From NCBI GenBank assembly GCA_951406725.2, contig OX597833.1:30752001-30816000 (forward strand): a stretch of DNA of 64,000 bases, written 5' to 3'. The position numbers and the translations under genes were made by a program. The notes beneath the pieces were generated by a model. It did no database searches. It was not told where the DNA came from and worked only from the letters and a program-made list of their open reading frames with translations. Positions 11,780 to 25,899 of the stretch are shown here, one piece after another. Each line of letters opens with the position of its first letter. Within the stretch, counting starts at the first letter, position 1. The DNA comes from Octopus vulgaris. Its lineage: Eukaryota.

Positions 11780-13060
11780 GCTGGAACAATGCAAACTACA
11801 AAATGAAAATAAAATAAAACAAAGCTACAGTTTTATCTTGTATTTCTATATTTCAGGATGAAGACCCCCTTCTTCAGGACATTCGGAAAAGCAGTGGTTG
11901 GAAAAAGTTTGTTGTTTAGTTGTGTGTGTGTGTGTAGGAGGAAGGGGCAGGGCAGGAAGGTGATGTGTGGACTGTTGTTTCTATAGCAACAGTCTGCTTT
12001 GTGTAGTTCCTTCCTATTGTTAATGGCTAGTTTCATTTATAAGGAGAGCTTCCATAATTCTGAGACTGGCCCTGTTGCCTTGGATTACCTTGATGCAAAC
12101 TTTGAAATTCCAGGTTTGGCACTTCTTAAGGTGTTTCTTTATCGAAGTGTCTGTCTGCATATGCTCCTTTATACAGATGTGTAGTTTCCTAGTGGTACTT
12201 CCTATATAGGATGCTCTACATTTATTGCAGACTACCTCATATACTACATAGGCCCGTGAGCACCCCACGGTGCACTCTGTGGTATTTTTCCTTGACAGGA
12301 CTTTTCTCAAGGATGGACTGGTATGTACCAACTGTATGTTAAGTCCCTCCCTGCAAATGGCATGCTGGATAGCTGCTGTTGTTCTGTCCTCAAAGTAGGG
12401 CAGTCTAAGGAAGCACTTTACTAACCTGATGTTAAGGGCTTTCTTGTGTTGTTTACCTGCTTTCATGCTTTGCAGATGCAGTTGTTTGGCTGCTGATGGC
12501 GGATAACCATTGTGTGCTAAGTTCCTGAGGAACCGCATGGTGTTGGTGGCTTTGTCAGTTACTTCATTGCAGCTGTCTCTTATGCATGTTATCTCATTCT
12601 GTATGTATGCAGCTTTGGATCTGGTGGGCAGGCCTGATTTGTAATGTGCATACAGATACCTACTGGCCACTTTTTTTTTTAATAAAAATTCATCTAGATG
12701 TAACCCTCCTCTGTGATCCTGATTTGAAAATCCAGCAGGGAGAGGGTTCTGGACACATGTGGGTGTTCTATCTCTAACTTTATGTGATTGTCGATGTTGA
12801 ATTTTTTATGTATGGTGATTGCTTCTTCCTGGGAAGGGGTAAGCGTCAGGATGTCATTGACGTACCTAGAGAAGAAGACACATGAGTGGCAGGTGTTAAG
12901 CACTGTGTGTTTGAGCTGGTCCATGTACAAGATAGCCAGCAGGCCTGAGAAGCTGGATCTGTTTAAATATCTCATCATTGAATTGGAAGTAGGTGTTCCC
13001 TACTATTTTGACAAGTAGTTCATAGATATCCGAGGGTGTAAGGCCAGATAGGTGAAGGTT
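11780..13060 (-). mobile_element. Penelope-like element fragment (RT + GIY-YIG endonuclease)
   Basis: RT motifs YFQFNDEIFKQ, RYVNDI, LSLLDF; GIY-YIG VVYEVVCNKCRASYIGSTTRKL...IMEALLI; 3' repeat region with hammerhead remnant. Confidence 0.85.
11839..11881 (-). ncRNA. Degenerate hammerhead-like motif in Penelope 3' terminus
   Basis: Minus strand TGTC-CTGAAGA-AGG(gggtcttcat)CCT-GAAA-TATA; cleavage triplet and stem I degenerate. Confidence 0.4.
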
Positions 13061-13877
13061 GGTGAAAGAGGAAGGGGAAGAAGAGAAAGGAGAAATGGAG
13101 GCAGAAGGAGAGGAAGAGGAGAAAGAAGAATGAGGAGGAGGAAAGGAAGAAATGGGGGAGATAAGGGGGGATGAGAGAAGAGTTGTGATGCGATCAACAA
13201 TGATATCGAGCAGGCATGGATGAATAGAAGGAGACAATGGAGATGGTGCCTCCCTCTATACTTCTGTGCCCACTCTTCTTAAATGTAACTGATTTATTCA
13301 GCCTGCAACAACCTGGGAAACTGCATTTCTTGTTTTCCAGTTGTCAATTTTAAATTTAAGTTTGAGTTAAACATACCATAATGCCTGTGCACAGAAACAT
13401 TTCTACTAAGTCTCAAGTCTACAATATTTACGAATTTTATTTAGTGCTTAATTATCTTTAATCTCGTCTAAGTGAAACTGAACCAACTTCCTGTTTCAAT
13501 GTTAAAATGTGAAACTTGATAAAAAAATTAAGCTTAATGTGAAACTAATTTAAAACATTTTCAGTTTTTTGGTATTTATTTTTTTTAAGTATAAAGTATA
13601 TATTATATGATATGTAGAAAAATAATAGAACAATTATTTATGTGCACCTGACCAATTTAAAATAAAAGAAAATAATATTGTAGCGAGTCATAAAAGACGG
13701 CAATATGACGTAATGGTCGTTTGCCCAAACAAGCATAACTGTTGGTATCCCATTGGTTAAAATTACTGCCCATTTTTGAATTCTAAATTTTCATCAAAGA
13801 GAATTCTTTCACGAAATACGGTTCTTAGAATTCAGGTATGTGCAGTTATAAAAACCCTGATTTTTGGGAAATTAATC

Positions 13878-13997
13878 AGTGTTTGTAGGATTGTTACTAA
13901 ACTCCATGACACTCATAGTGTTTGTAGGATTGTTACTAAACTCCATGGCACTCATGATAGTGTTCGTAGGATTGTTACTAAACTCCACAACACTCAC
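13878..13997. repeat. Three-copy 39-42 bp tandem repeat
   Basis: AGTGTTTGTAGGATTGTTACTAAACTCCA(TG)ACACTCA repeated three times. Confidence 0.9.
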
Positions 13998-14561
13998 TCA
14001 TTGAGATATTGGCTATTTTTTTATGCCATGTCAATGATAAAAATCCAGCAAGACTTATGCGGATTGTTGTGAACTCTAGTAGTTAGTATGAAGGATTAGC
14101 TAGTGTGAATTTTAAGTCGTAATTCTCTATGACAAAATGACTTTACTTTCCAATTGTACTATAAATGCTAAATGTACATAAATAAACTAATGTAGTAATT
14201 ATTTTCTCTTTCTTCATGTTCTTCAACTTGATAATGAAATATATTTCTGTTAATAAAATTTTGCGTAATGAAACTGTCATCTATTTTCTATTGAAAATTT
14301 ATATATTTTTCACAACTGTCTATACTTTTATTATGTGGTAGTTTATCTACGGGATCACATCGGGAGGTCACCACTTTTTATAACCACGTTTTGTTATCAT
14401 ATAATACTTATTGTTCCGCAGACTCCATTTTAAAATGAATGAAAATGATCTATATTAAAATGCTATATTAATGCTGTTTATGGAAAGTTAGCTTAATTTC
14501 ACTTTAGTTGAGAAAATAGATAAATAGAGCCTTCAATTTCTTTATTATATAAGATCAAATA

Positions 14562-14770
14562 AGGAGGCAAGTTGGCAGAATTGTTAGCACACTGGATGAA
14601 ATGCTTAGTGGTATTTTGCCTGTCACTCCATTCTGAGTTCAAATTCCGCTGAGATCAACTTTGCTTTTGGGGTCAATAAATTAAATAGCAATGAAACACT
14701 AGAGTTAATGTTATCAACTAGTCTCCTCCCCCAAATTTCAGGTCTTGTGCCGATAGTTGAAAGGATTATG
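14562..14770 (+). mobile_element. tRNA-derived SINE
   Basis: A-box-like TGGCAGAATTGTTAGC and B-box-like GAGTTCAAATTCC, followed by a typical SINE body. Confidence 0.65.
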
Positions 14771-15061
14771 TAAGATCATATAAAACTGAATATTGTAATA
14801 TGATGTAAACAGCTTCTTAGCATGTATTCTGTAAAGTGAGAAGACATTCTGCCCTATAGTCATAATAAAAAAAATAAGATAGAGAATAAAAAAGGTATAA
14901 CATGGGCAGCATTGTCCATAAAAAAAAGGTTGTGAAATACTTCCTTACAGAAGAAAATAAAGCTTTGTGCCTTAAATGTAGTGAAAGGATTGCTTTTATG
15001 AGACTAAGCATAGATCAAGTCCTTCAAAAATATTTGCTATTTGTTGGCTAAATGAGAATTA

Positions 15062-16355
15062 CGAGGGATGTTCAAAAAGTAATGCCCCTGACCCACTTCC
15101 CATAGCAGTAGAGCAACAAAACATGGCACAGTTATTAGTCTTTTTCTACATAGGAATTACCCAGAGTTACGCATTTCTCCCATCGTTTGATGCAGCTCTG
15201 GAGACCGTTTTTGTAGAAGACCGCAGCTTGGTCCTCCAACCACGACATGACTTCAGAAATCAAGGCTGCATCATCTGGGAAACGCTTTCCTTTCAAAAAC
15301 AACTTCATGGCTGGGAAGAGGTGAAAATCAGAGGGTGCAAGGTCAGGAGAGAAGGGGGGATGGGGGAGGAGTGCATAGCCGCACGCCTGAGCTTCTGATC
15401 TGGCGACACGCGAGTTGTGGACCGGAGCGTTGTCCTGTAGGAGGAGGATGCCTTTGCTGATCTTGCCCCGCCTCTTGATTTTGATAGCTTCTCTTAATTT
15501 CCTCAAAAGTGAAGCATAATAGGCTCCTGTAATTGTGGTACCCTTTGCCAGGAAATCTGTCATCACTACTCTGTCCTGGTCCCAGAAGACTGTGAGCATG
15601 ACCTTGCCAGCGGAGGGCTGCACTCTTGCCTTCTTTGGAGGAGGTGAGTCACGGTGCTTCCACTGCATTGACTGGACTTTGGTCTCTGGATCATAGTGAT
15701 GGACCCAGGTTTCATCCTGTGTAATCAGTCTTTTGAAAAATTTTGACTCATCTTCTTGGCACATCTCCAAATTTCATCCTCGAGCACTCGACGCGTTCTT
15801 GCTTCTGGAAAGGTGTGAGCAACCTGGTAATCCATCTGGCAAACACCTTTTGCATATGCAAATGGTCATGAATGATAGTTTCCACAGACCCAGTACTAAT
15901 CTCGACCTCATGGGCTATTTGGTGAATAGTTATGCGTCGATCTTCCAAAATGGCAGCCTCAACTTGACGGACAGATGCCTCATCAATGGCAGAAGTGGGG
16001 CGACCAGATCTGGGAGCTGTTTCCACAGAGTTCCGACCATGTTTGAATTCACGATGCCAGCGTTTTACAAGGTCATATGATGGGGCATCATCACCATAAG
16101 TTATTTTCATTTCATCAAAAGTCTCCCGTGGTGTGCGTCCTTTCAAATACAAAAACCGGATCACTGCTCAACACTCAACAGGCTCCATTTCACACTTGAC
16201 TCAGTTCAAACACCTGTAAATCAGAAACCACAATTAGTTCAGAGCTGTAATTTGCCACTTAATCTATAGAGATATAAATAATTGCACATGCAAAATTTCA
16301 GCTAGATCAAACAACTGCAAGTGGGTCAGGGGCATTACTTATTGAACGTCCCTCA
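15062..16355 (-). mobile_element. Full-length mariner (DD34D) transposon, inactivated
   Basis: Terminal inverted repeats CGAGGGATGTTCAAAAAGTAATGCCCCTGACCCACTT / AAGTGGGTCAGGGGCATTACTTATTGAACGTCCCTCA with TA on both sides. Confidence 0.95.
15135..16188 (-). pseudogene. Mariner transposase pseudogene
   Basis: Motifs ITQDETWVHHYDPE, LQDNAPVH, SPDLAPSDFHLF and an N-terminal HTH; early TGA (MEPVEC*) and a frameshift near 15770. Confidence 0.93.
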
Positions 16356-18749
16356 TACCATGTACTGGTAGGAATCTTATCAACGAATGCATGATGGAAG
16401 CAGTAGAGGAAATATGTCCAGTATAAAATAAGTTTGTTTCAGAATATCAGTCTTGCTGCAAATAATTTGTTCATAAAATATAAGATATTGAGCATAATAT
16501 AATTTCTCAAGTGATTGACCAAAAGTTTTATGTTGTATTCTCTTGCACTTGATGGAACCTCTCAAGTGGTATTCAGTTATGACATCGTCAGATTATAATG
16601 CTGAATGGAAATACTTATAAGTGTAACAACCAATGGAGAAAGAAATGCATGTGCAGTAAAAGGTTTGGTAAGGTAAATTACAAAAGCTTGTGAAGTTAGT
16701 AGATGGTCAAAACCTATGTTTCTTCATCGTATTGTATATCAGCAAGCAATGTGCAGTAAATATTTGAATGTCTGATGCCATAAAACCTATTATGTCAGCT
16801 TATATTTCATTCAGTCTCCACAACTTACTCATCAACAGTCTTACAATTTTCTGTAGGATATTGATTTTGAGTTTCATAACTTGCCTAATCATACATCAGT
16901 TCAATAGCTTAGATTTAGAAATGTCCTATCAATATTTTTACCCTAAAATAAAAATGAAAAGCACTAGAAACCAAAAGTTTTTCCATACAAACCAAAGTTA
17001 TTTCCAAATTTGGAGTAGGGTGGCCTAGGCTATTCCTGGGAAGTATGACTTATAATCGAAGTTATATCCTATGGATATACAGTACTGCCACTTCTAAAAT
17101 CAGAAAAATTCTGAATTTCAAAACATATCTGGTCCCAAATAAGTGATTGTGTACCTGTATTTCTAATGAGAGGAGAGTTGACCCAAATTACTAATATCAA
17201 ACAGTAAATGGTAATGGAAATTAGCATTTTTTTATGGTACTGACAGATCATATGAATCAATTTACTCTGAAATTGTAAGGAGAAACAACTTGATCTGTGA
17301 TTTTAAAGCATTCAAAGCTAAAAAGGGTAATTTTAATAATTGGTGCTACAAAAGTTGAAGCTTGATATTTTAGACATTTTGAAATTAAAATATCAGTTTC
17401 ACATTTTCATTCCATATCCTTCTTTCAGAAATATACTGAAAGTAGTTATTTTTATGAAAAGCATGAAAATAAAATATTTTATAGGAATAATTAAGTTATG
17501 GAAAATTTATATAACTTTATACATATTCATATTTTTGTTTTTGATGAATAAACGCATTAAGTACATATTTCAAGAATTGCTGTACTTATATTTCTTTTAT
17601 CTTTATTTCTTGGTTCACAAACTCTGCTAAATATGCAGTATAGTCTTTGCAATGAAAAGCTTGGAGATCCCCAAGTGTAAATCATGAATGGTGGTGCTAT
17701 TAGCATGTTGACAACAAATTTAGAGAGGAATATAGCACACATATGGGCATACCAGAGCTAGAGTCAATAGAGTAAAATTTGTAAAAGAGTTGCAGAAAAA
17801 GACCCAAACCTGAAGCATGGACCACAATCTGAAAACCAAGGCACATTTACAGACTCAAAGATCTCAAAAGAGAGTAAAGAAGGTACCAAGTGAAAGCAAT
17901 AGCTGTAAAAGGTACAAGCTGACAGAAAACTAGGACTTCAGATGTAACTGAAGCAACAGGAGTAGTTACAGCAGGAGTAACCATAAGTAGAGTCAATGAA
18001 CTATTCAGGATGACATCAATAGTTTTTTATAGAGTCTCTACATGGCCACTTAACCTGCAAGAAACATCAGCCAAATTGCACTTTATTGCCTTAAAACAGA
18101 ACACAGATAATATATTTCAAAGTATATGATGCCTGAAAAAAAGACAGTGCTTTTGACCATAAGTCTACAAGATCAAAGAAACAATTAATGCAGGAGGTGA
18201 ATGTAGTGAAAACAGAGTAGCTAAAGTATGGAAGGATGGAAGAAATATTGGGATGTCATTGCTTCTATTAGCAACAAAGGATTTCTCTCCTGTGAAAATC
18301 AGACTCTAAGAGGAGGTATGTACCAGGACAATGGTTGAATAGTAAATTTGAGATGTTTGTGCTCTCAGAAAGGAAACAAAATTCTTCTACCATCATGGTA
18401 CACATAGAAACTTATTTCATTTTGTGGTCTTGATTGGTTAGTTCAAGCTAAGACACTGATTCATACAGCCACTGCCAGCCAGTGTTGCTGACTGACTCAG
18501 TCATTATAAGTCTGAGTTGCTGATTAACTAAAACAACGAATACTATTCAAACTCATTGATATTCGTTAACGCAACATGAAAAAGTATATTATTAGGATAC
18601 GCTTATCAACAAAAAGGGCAGATCAAACCTGGTACATTATTAGGATACACTTATCAACAATTTATTTATTTGGGAAAGTACTGAAAGTTCTAGATAAATG
18701 AACAATGTAACATACATACATACATACTTACACACATACACACACACAT

Positions 18750-19320
18750 CCATCATCATCATTTAACGTCTGCTTTTTATGCTGGCATGGGTTGGACAGT
18801 TTGATGGGATCTGGTGAACCAGGAAGCTGTCCAGACTCTAAATTGTCTGTTATGGTAGGATTTTTACAGCTGGATGCCCTTCCTAATGCCAACCACTTTA
18901 CAGAGTGTGCTGGGTGTTTTTTACATTCCACTGGCACAAGTGTGCTTATGCAGCACCAACATGGGTGCATTTTATGTGGCACCTGTAAAGAACAAGCCTG
19001 TATGTATGGATGACAATGATTTTACTTGGCTTGACACATCTTCTCAAGTACAGCAAATTGCCACAACTTCCAGTTCTTGTCATTGCCACAGTGAGGTCCA
19101 GTATCTGAAGATCCTTTTTCATTACTTCGTCCGACATCTTCCTGGGTTAACCCCTCTCACAGGTTGCCTCCACAATTGGAGCTTGCCACTTCTTTATGCA
19201 TCTGTCTCCATGCATACACATCATGTGGCCAAACCAATGCAGTCTTCTCTCTTGCACACAACATCTGATACCAGTTTTCTTCTTAAAAGCAATCACTCTG
19301 TCATGTGTGCACACTGACAT
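18750..19320 (-). mobile_element. RTE LINE 3' fragment
   Basis: GIRCCVQERRLHWFGHMM..., family 3' UTR and (TGA)n tail. Confidence 0.8.
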
Positions 19321-19464
19321 TACTAAACCAGTGGAGTATGCTAGCTTTATTTCTTTATATATATGGGTAGTCAACAAAATCAAAAACAATGTGGATGCGC
19401 AACATTAAAAATATAAAATGGCAACAATTTATCCATTGCACCTGTATATCTATGTGCATATATA

Positions 19465-19535
19465 TATATACATATAATAATAATAATAATAATAACAATA
19501 ATAATAATAACAATAATAATAATAATAACAATTAT
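19465..19535. repeat. (AAT)n microsatellite
   Basis: Directly visible. Confidence 0.9.
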
Positions 19536-20434
19536 TACAAGGTAGCATTAGCATTACCTTTAACTCATTTTTATATATAAATACAACCTCAACTAGACCT
19601 ACACCTGTTTCTACTACATCAATTAGTAATTGTTGCAATTACAACCTTACTATAATATCTGTGAAGTTTCTTCAGGGTTTTCACTTTAATAGTCTTTGAC
19701 ATTTAACTGGTTAAAATTTAATGTTGATTTTCATTGTGTTCTATGATGTGGATTTGTACATTAATTTAGATGCGAACTACATTCAATTCTGAGAATTGAT
19801 TGAATGATCACTCATTTATTCCTCATAGTTTTTTTTCAAAAATTTTGCCATTTAAATGTTTATAACTCATTTATATTGAGAAAAGGTGAATTTTCTCATA
19901 TGCGAGAATCTTAAAGTTTGTTCATATCTAGAATTTATTATATTACCCTCAGACATAAAAATTTGGTACAATTCTTCTATACATAAGTGACATCTATTAG
20001 TTCCTGATCTGTATGGTTTTGCAGCACTAATTAATTCCTAATCAATATTATAGTTTTTGTTTCTGCCTTTAATATACCAGATAAACCTACTTAGACTTGT
20101 TTGCAACTTTTTTGTTTTTATTTCTAAATGAATTTAAGTGATTAGCCAGTCCTTTTTTAAAAAATTAGTGCAGTTGCACTGATGTCAAAGTATTCAGTTC
20201 TTTCAAAGGTAACTTTACATCTATATATTACATTTTTAGTTTTACATTTATTATCAACATAACAGGAGACCTGTATATGTGTGTGTGTATGTATGCATAT
20301 ATATTTATATAGACATCCATGCACACATATATATGCATATATAGATATATGCATGTATACGCATATATACATATGCATATATACGCATATATTTATATGC
20401 ATATATACACATATATATATGCATATATATGCAG

Positions 20435-23400
20435 GTAGGGGAGCTCCGAAAGAGGTCTCGGGAAGTAGCATCCCTGCCTTCCCAAGCTAGTTTTCCACCA
20501 CATTTCTTAAAAATTATGACCACTCATGTCTAGAAACTGAGGTATGCTCCCTGTAGGAAATGTCTAGAACCTGAGGTATGCTTCCTGTAGGAAATCCAGC
20601 TCCAAAAAAAACTCATGACAATGGCAAAGAAGCATGGGCACCAGCCAGCCCAAAGATTGGGGTGAGCTGCACCTGTCTACCTCAAAAGGAAAGTGCAAAT
20701 CGTCATCCTGGGTCATGCAAGCATCACTTGCCTTATGATGGCTGATGACCTGAGAAGCTTGGAGTGAGGTTGGAAAGTTGGAATGTGGGAAGTCTGCATA
20801 GAAGGGGAACTGAGGTGTGTGGGGAATTGAGGTGGAGGATGGTGGATGTGTGCTGTGTGCAAGAGGCTAGGTGGAAAAGCCAGGGTGCAAGATTTGTAGG
20901 GGTCAAGAGAAGAAGGTACAAGTTGTGGGGGTTGGGAAATTGGCAAGGGGACTGGAAGAGTGGGAGTTTTAGTGAAGGAAGAACTCTGTGAGAATGTAGT
21001 GGAGGTCAGGAGAAAGAGTGATAGTGATGCCAGAAGTATTAGCATTTGAGGAAGAAGTGGTGAGGGTGATTTGTGAGGATGGTCCACAAAGTGGAAAGAG
21101 GGATCACTGAGAAAGAGCGGTTCTTTGATGAAATGGCAAGAGAGCGGGACTTACATAGGATAGATGATTTGGTTTTGGGCATGGTTGATTTTAATAGAAT
21201 TGTTGGGAAATGGATCCAAGGCTTTGAGGGTGTGCATGGGGGAAACGGAATTGGGGAGAGAAATATGGAAGAAAGGATGCTGTTGAAGTTTTGCGATGAG
21301 AAGGAGTTGTGTGTGGCGAACACATGGTTAAGGAAAACATAGAAAAGGAAGGTGACTTTCAGCGCAGGAAGGAATGAGACAGATTGATTTTGTATTGGTT
21401 GGCAGGAAAAACAGAAAATATCTGAGAGATGTGAAGACAATACCAGGGGAGTTGCAGTACAGGTTGGTGGTTGCTGACTTGGATAAGAAGAAAATTAAAA
21501 AGTGTGTGAGAAAGGTAACGGTTAAAGGCATGTGACAAAGCACGTGGAAGGACGAATGGTAGGAGAGATCGAGGAGATACGTGGTGGTGGAACAAGGAGG
21601 TGAGGGATGCGATAGCAAAGAAAAAGGCACACAAAGTTTTATGTGATAATAGGACTGAGCAAATAAAAGCCTGGTATATTAACATGAGAAATTGTACAAA
21701 GAGGGTGGTTGCGAGATCTATAAAGAAGAAAGCTGAGAAGTTGAGCAGGCTGGGTGAGAACCCAGATAGAGTGTTTAGGTTTATTAAATCAATGAAAAAT
21801 AATGGAAGAGATGTTGAGGGAGGAAGATGCATGAGGGAGAGTGATTGAAAGTTGAATCTTAGTGAGAAGGACAGAGGAAGAGTTTGGAAGGAGCATATGG
21901 AGGGAATGATAAATGAGAGAATGAATGGGATCAGATGGTGGAAGCTGCTGTGGTGAAGGAGCCAGTGGAGAGGGTTAGTCAGGAAGAAGTAGTGGAGGCA
22001 ATGAAGGAAATGAAAACAAGAAAAGTAGCTGGTCCATCAGAAGTAAGTATAGAAATGATAACTGCAAGTAGAGAGATAGGGATTGTTGTGCTGATGGAGT
22101 TCTGCCAGTGTGTGCTGGATGGAGGAGGAATGCCAGATGATTGGGCACTAAGTGTGGTGGTACTGATCTTCAAGGGAAAGTTACTGGAGCATGCAATGAC
22201 GAAAAGGGTGTTGAAGAGAATTTGGAAAACAGTGGATATGGACGAGATGCAATTTGGTTTTATGCCAGGAAAGGGGACAATAGATGCAGTGTTTATTGTA
22301 AGGAGAGTGCAAGAGAAATACCAAGATAAGGAGAAGGAGTTGTACATGTGCTTTGTTGATCTGGAGAAGGCATTTGATAGGGTTTCAAGGAAGGTGATTG
22401 AGTGGGCATTAAGGAAGGTGTACTAGAGGTAATAGTGAGGGCAATGATGAGTTTGTATGAAAGGGTAAAGACAAGAGTTAGAGTTGGATCTGAGCTGTCG
22501 GAGGAGTTTGTGATGAAAGTTGGCATGCATCAGGGATCTGGGTTGTCACTGTTGTTGTTTGAAATACTGGTTGATGTGATGACACGGAGTGCAAAAGAGG
22601 GATTGATAATAGAGATACTGTATGCAGATGACCGTGTTCTGATGAGTAAAATGATGGAGGTATTGAGGGAGAAGTTTTGGAAATGGAAGGAGGTGTTTGA
22701 AGCTAAGGGGGTGAAAGGAGAAGTATTAGTAAGGTAGAGCCATGTTGTGTGTGTGGGAGGAGGGTAATGGCAAATGCGGTGTTGTGTATGAAATGGATTC
22801 ATGGTAGATGTACGAAAATGAAGAAGGTGACTCCAAGGATGGCAAGAGATTTTATTTGTGGAAGATGTGAGAAAGGAGCTGGAGGGCTGGCGGAACCAGT
22901 GGAAATGCCTTGTGACAAGGTGGAAATGGTGAGAGGGTTTTGTTATTTGGGAGATAGGGTTGATGTAAGTGGTGGATGTGAAGCAACTGTGACAGCGAGA
23001 GTGAGACTTGGCTGTGTGAAGGTCAAGGAATGTGGAGCATTATTATATGGGAAAAGGTTCTCCTTGAAGATGAAAGGAAGGATTTATCAAAGTTGCATGA
23101 GATCTGCAATGCTGTATGCAAGTGAGACATGATGTCTGAGGGAAAGTGAAATGGCAATTTTGAGAAGGACTAAGAGAGCAATAGTGAGAGCAGTATGTGG
23201 TGTGAAACTATTGGATAAAAGGAGGGCTGAGGACTTGATGGGGATGCTGGGGCTGGAGGAATTGGTGGAACAGCTGGCAAGGGCGAATGGAGTGCAGTGG
23301 CATGGACATGTGATGAGGAGGGATGAGGATCATGTTCTAAGGAGAGTGCTTGAGTTTAAAGCAAATGAACTGCAAAAGCGAGGTCAACCAAAGAAAACAT

Positions 23401-23570
23401 GGAGGGGACAGGTGGAGGAGGAGATTGAGAGGGAGGATGCCCAAAACCAGGCAAGATGGTGAGATGGTGTGAGAGCAGTTGCTGTAAGAGTGGGGTAGAT
23501 CCAGCCACCCTACTTTAATGGGGACAAACCCGGTTTTAAAATATTGGAATTCATCATCGTCATCATCATC
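20435..23570 (+). mobile_element. Near full-length degenerate RTE LINE (APE endonuclease + RT)
   Basis: APE motifs SWNVGSL, DVCCVQEARW, GMVDFN; RT motifs QFGFMPGKGTIDA, FVDLEKAFDRV, GMHQGS, LYADD; C-terminal WHGHVMRR. Multiple stops and frameshifts. Confidence 0.92.
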
Positions 23571-23950
23571 GTTTAATGTCCATCTTCCATGCTAGCATGG
23601 ATGGAACGGTACCACAAAAGCTGGCCAGGCTGCAGCCTGCACCAGGCTTCTGTGACTATTTTGGCAGGATTTTTACAGCTGGATGCACTTCCTAACACCA
23701 ACCACTCAAAAGAATGGACTTACTGCTTTTTACGTGGCACAAGCACAGACGAGGTGAGTGGTGCTTCATATGTGGCACTAGCACAGGTGAGGTGGGTAGT
23801 GCTTTTCACATGGCACAAGCACAGGAGGGGTCATTTTTGGCAGGGTTTTACAGATGGATGCCCTTCCAAACACCAACCACTCCACAGTGTGTATTGAGTG
23901 CTTTTAAGGGGCACCTGCACTGACAGGGTCACCAAGTACTTGCAAGACAT
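23553..23950 (-). mobile_element. RTE-related SINE / 3' end
   Basis: Reverse complement of the GTGGTTGG..AGGAAG.GCATCCAGCTGTAAAA...(TGA)n family. Confidence 0.65.
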
Positions 23951-23964
23951 AAAATGCATATATA

Positions 23965-24012
<48 letters not shown>

Positions 24013-24779
24013 TATATACACATATATATATGTGCATACATATATATATATATACATGAATATGTATATATGTATAAGTATAAATACATATATATGTGTG
24101 TGTGCATATATATATATATAGTTAATAAAAAACATCTGAAAGAAGCACATTCTAAAGAATACAACAGTAATTATTACAACAAAAATTTTATATCTTGGAC
24201 ATAGAGTTAACCAAGGTTTCGCATCTACAAAGCCAAGCCTTATGGACAGCTCATCAGATTCTACATAAATATAAAATTTTAAATATCTACAGCTTGGATA
24301 TAAAGAAATGCTCAAAACTTGAGGAATACATCTTAACAGAAAAACATTAATGAAAACGAGTTATCTCCCCTGAATCAGAGGGAGGAAAAAACCCTTATAG
24401 ACCTGAAGAGGCCTAACTAGCAAATGGGGAGATCCAATTTTCCAGTAAGTATCACTTGAAGTGAATACATTTAGAAAACATTTCTTTACAGTTGCACCAG
24501 GTTTCTTATAGTCCTTAAGAATTTTGGCTCTTTCTGTGATGCAGATCTTGCAACAGCTACTTCCACTCTGGCAGACCAAGGATGTAACAAACTATCTTCC
24601 TGGGACCCTGAAAGATGACTGGCGGTTAAGAAAACATTGGTTGAACAAAGTACTCACAGAACCAATATATTTACACACATGGGATGTGGCCCTATTCACA
24701 CTCCTGGTCATCTTCTGAGGTGGTGGAACTGGGAATGGTGGATAACTCCTCCAAGTCACTGGTCCTGGATAGGTCATTA

Positions 24780-25680
24780 TTTTTAGGTGCAGTGTTTGTA
24801 CTCATGTTAACATACATTGCGGGCCTGGTCACTCTATCTGTATCTATGGTTTGTTCATTATCCATGGCGGTGGTACCAGGGTCTTTGGTGATGCTCTCTG
24901 TGATACTGGTCCTGGACTGGTTATTATCTCTGGGCATGGCTATTGGTGTGAGAACTAGTTAATCTGCTAATAATATTGTACATTAATGTTATTGCAGATG
25001 TTACTTTAGATCTGGGCTCTTGTACATACAGGTCCTATCACAAGCCAAACGAGAGAATATCTTATATTAGTACAGCCTCCTGCCACCCCACTATAGTTTT
25101 CAAGAACCTAGTGAAAGGTGTAAGCAAGAGGACCTCAAATCTATCCTTGAGCCAAGATATCTTCGATGCAGCTGCCCCCTACTACAACGAGGCACTGGGA
25201 TTGAGTGAGTTTAACACCCGGAAAAGGAAGTACCACAGGAGTGTCATTTGGTTTGCTCCACTCTTCTCACTCAACATCAAGATGTGTGGGAAACATTTTC
25301 CTTAAATTGATAGATATACATTTAACGCACATACATACACACACACTCGAATACAGGTATTTATTTAACAGGCATAATCTAAGAGTCTCCTTTAGTTGTG
25401 CACCTAACATAAAAAAACATTTTAGCAAGTACCCACAATACAAGGGAGGAGTTTTGCTCTTGCAGGTTTTATAATAACTGTTCAGTAGGAGACTGATGCG
25501 AGGCTGAAGGGGTCATCTCTGAGGCTATGGTGATACCTAGACCTGATATCTGCAATAACAGTAATGTACCATCAAATAGCAATATTATTAGTACCATGGA
25601 AAATAAACAAACCATAGATACAGATAGAGTGACCAGGCCTGCGATGTATATTACCGGCAGTACAAATGCTGTACATAGTA
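24780..25680 (+). mobile_element. Degenerate Penelope-like fragment flanked by an inverted repeat
   Basis: DVTLDL...YRSYHKPNE..YI...SCHP..FKNLVK..IFDAAAPYYNEAL, homologous to 48655-49134. Inverted repeat at 24786-24867 / 25594-25675. Confidence 0.8.
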
Positions 25681-25899
25681 CAGCATTTGTACTGGTGGTA
25701 CTATGATAGTTGTAAGGTGTTAAATGGTCAAGTGACCTAAAAGTGACTCACTATGGATTATAGCAGTGATTGGGACTGTTTTTTAATGAATTCTTGGGAA
25801 TCTCTTGAATGTATCATTTTTAATATTTGCATGTGTTTGCGTTATTCTAAGGCTGTGGTGGATATGTCGTTTTGTAGTAAAGAGAGTCTCTTTACTAAT

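Noticed and set aside
13280-13335. CTGATTTA...GAAACTGCATTTC hammerhead-like string
   Set aside because: Core G8 missing and no convincing stem I.
13878-13997. Three short direct repeats resembling a CRISPR array
   Set aside because: No unique spacers, no cas genes, eukaryotic context; simple minisatellite.
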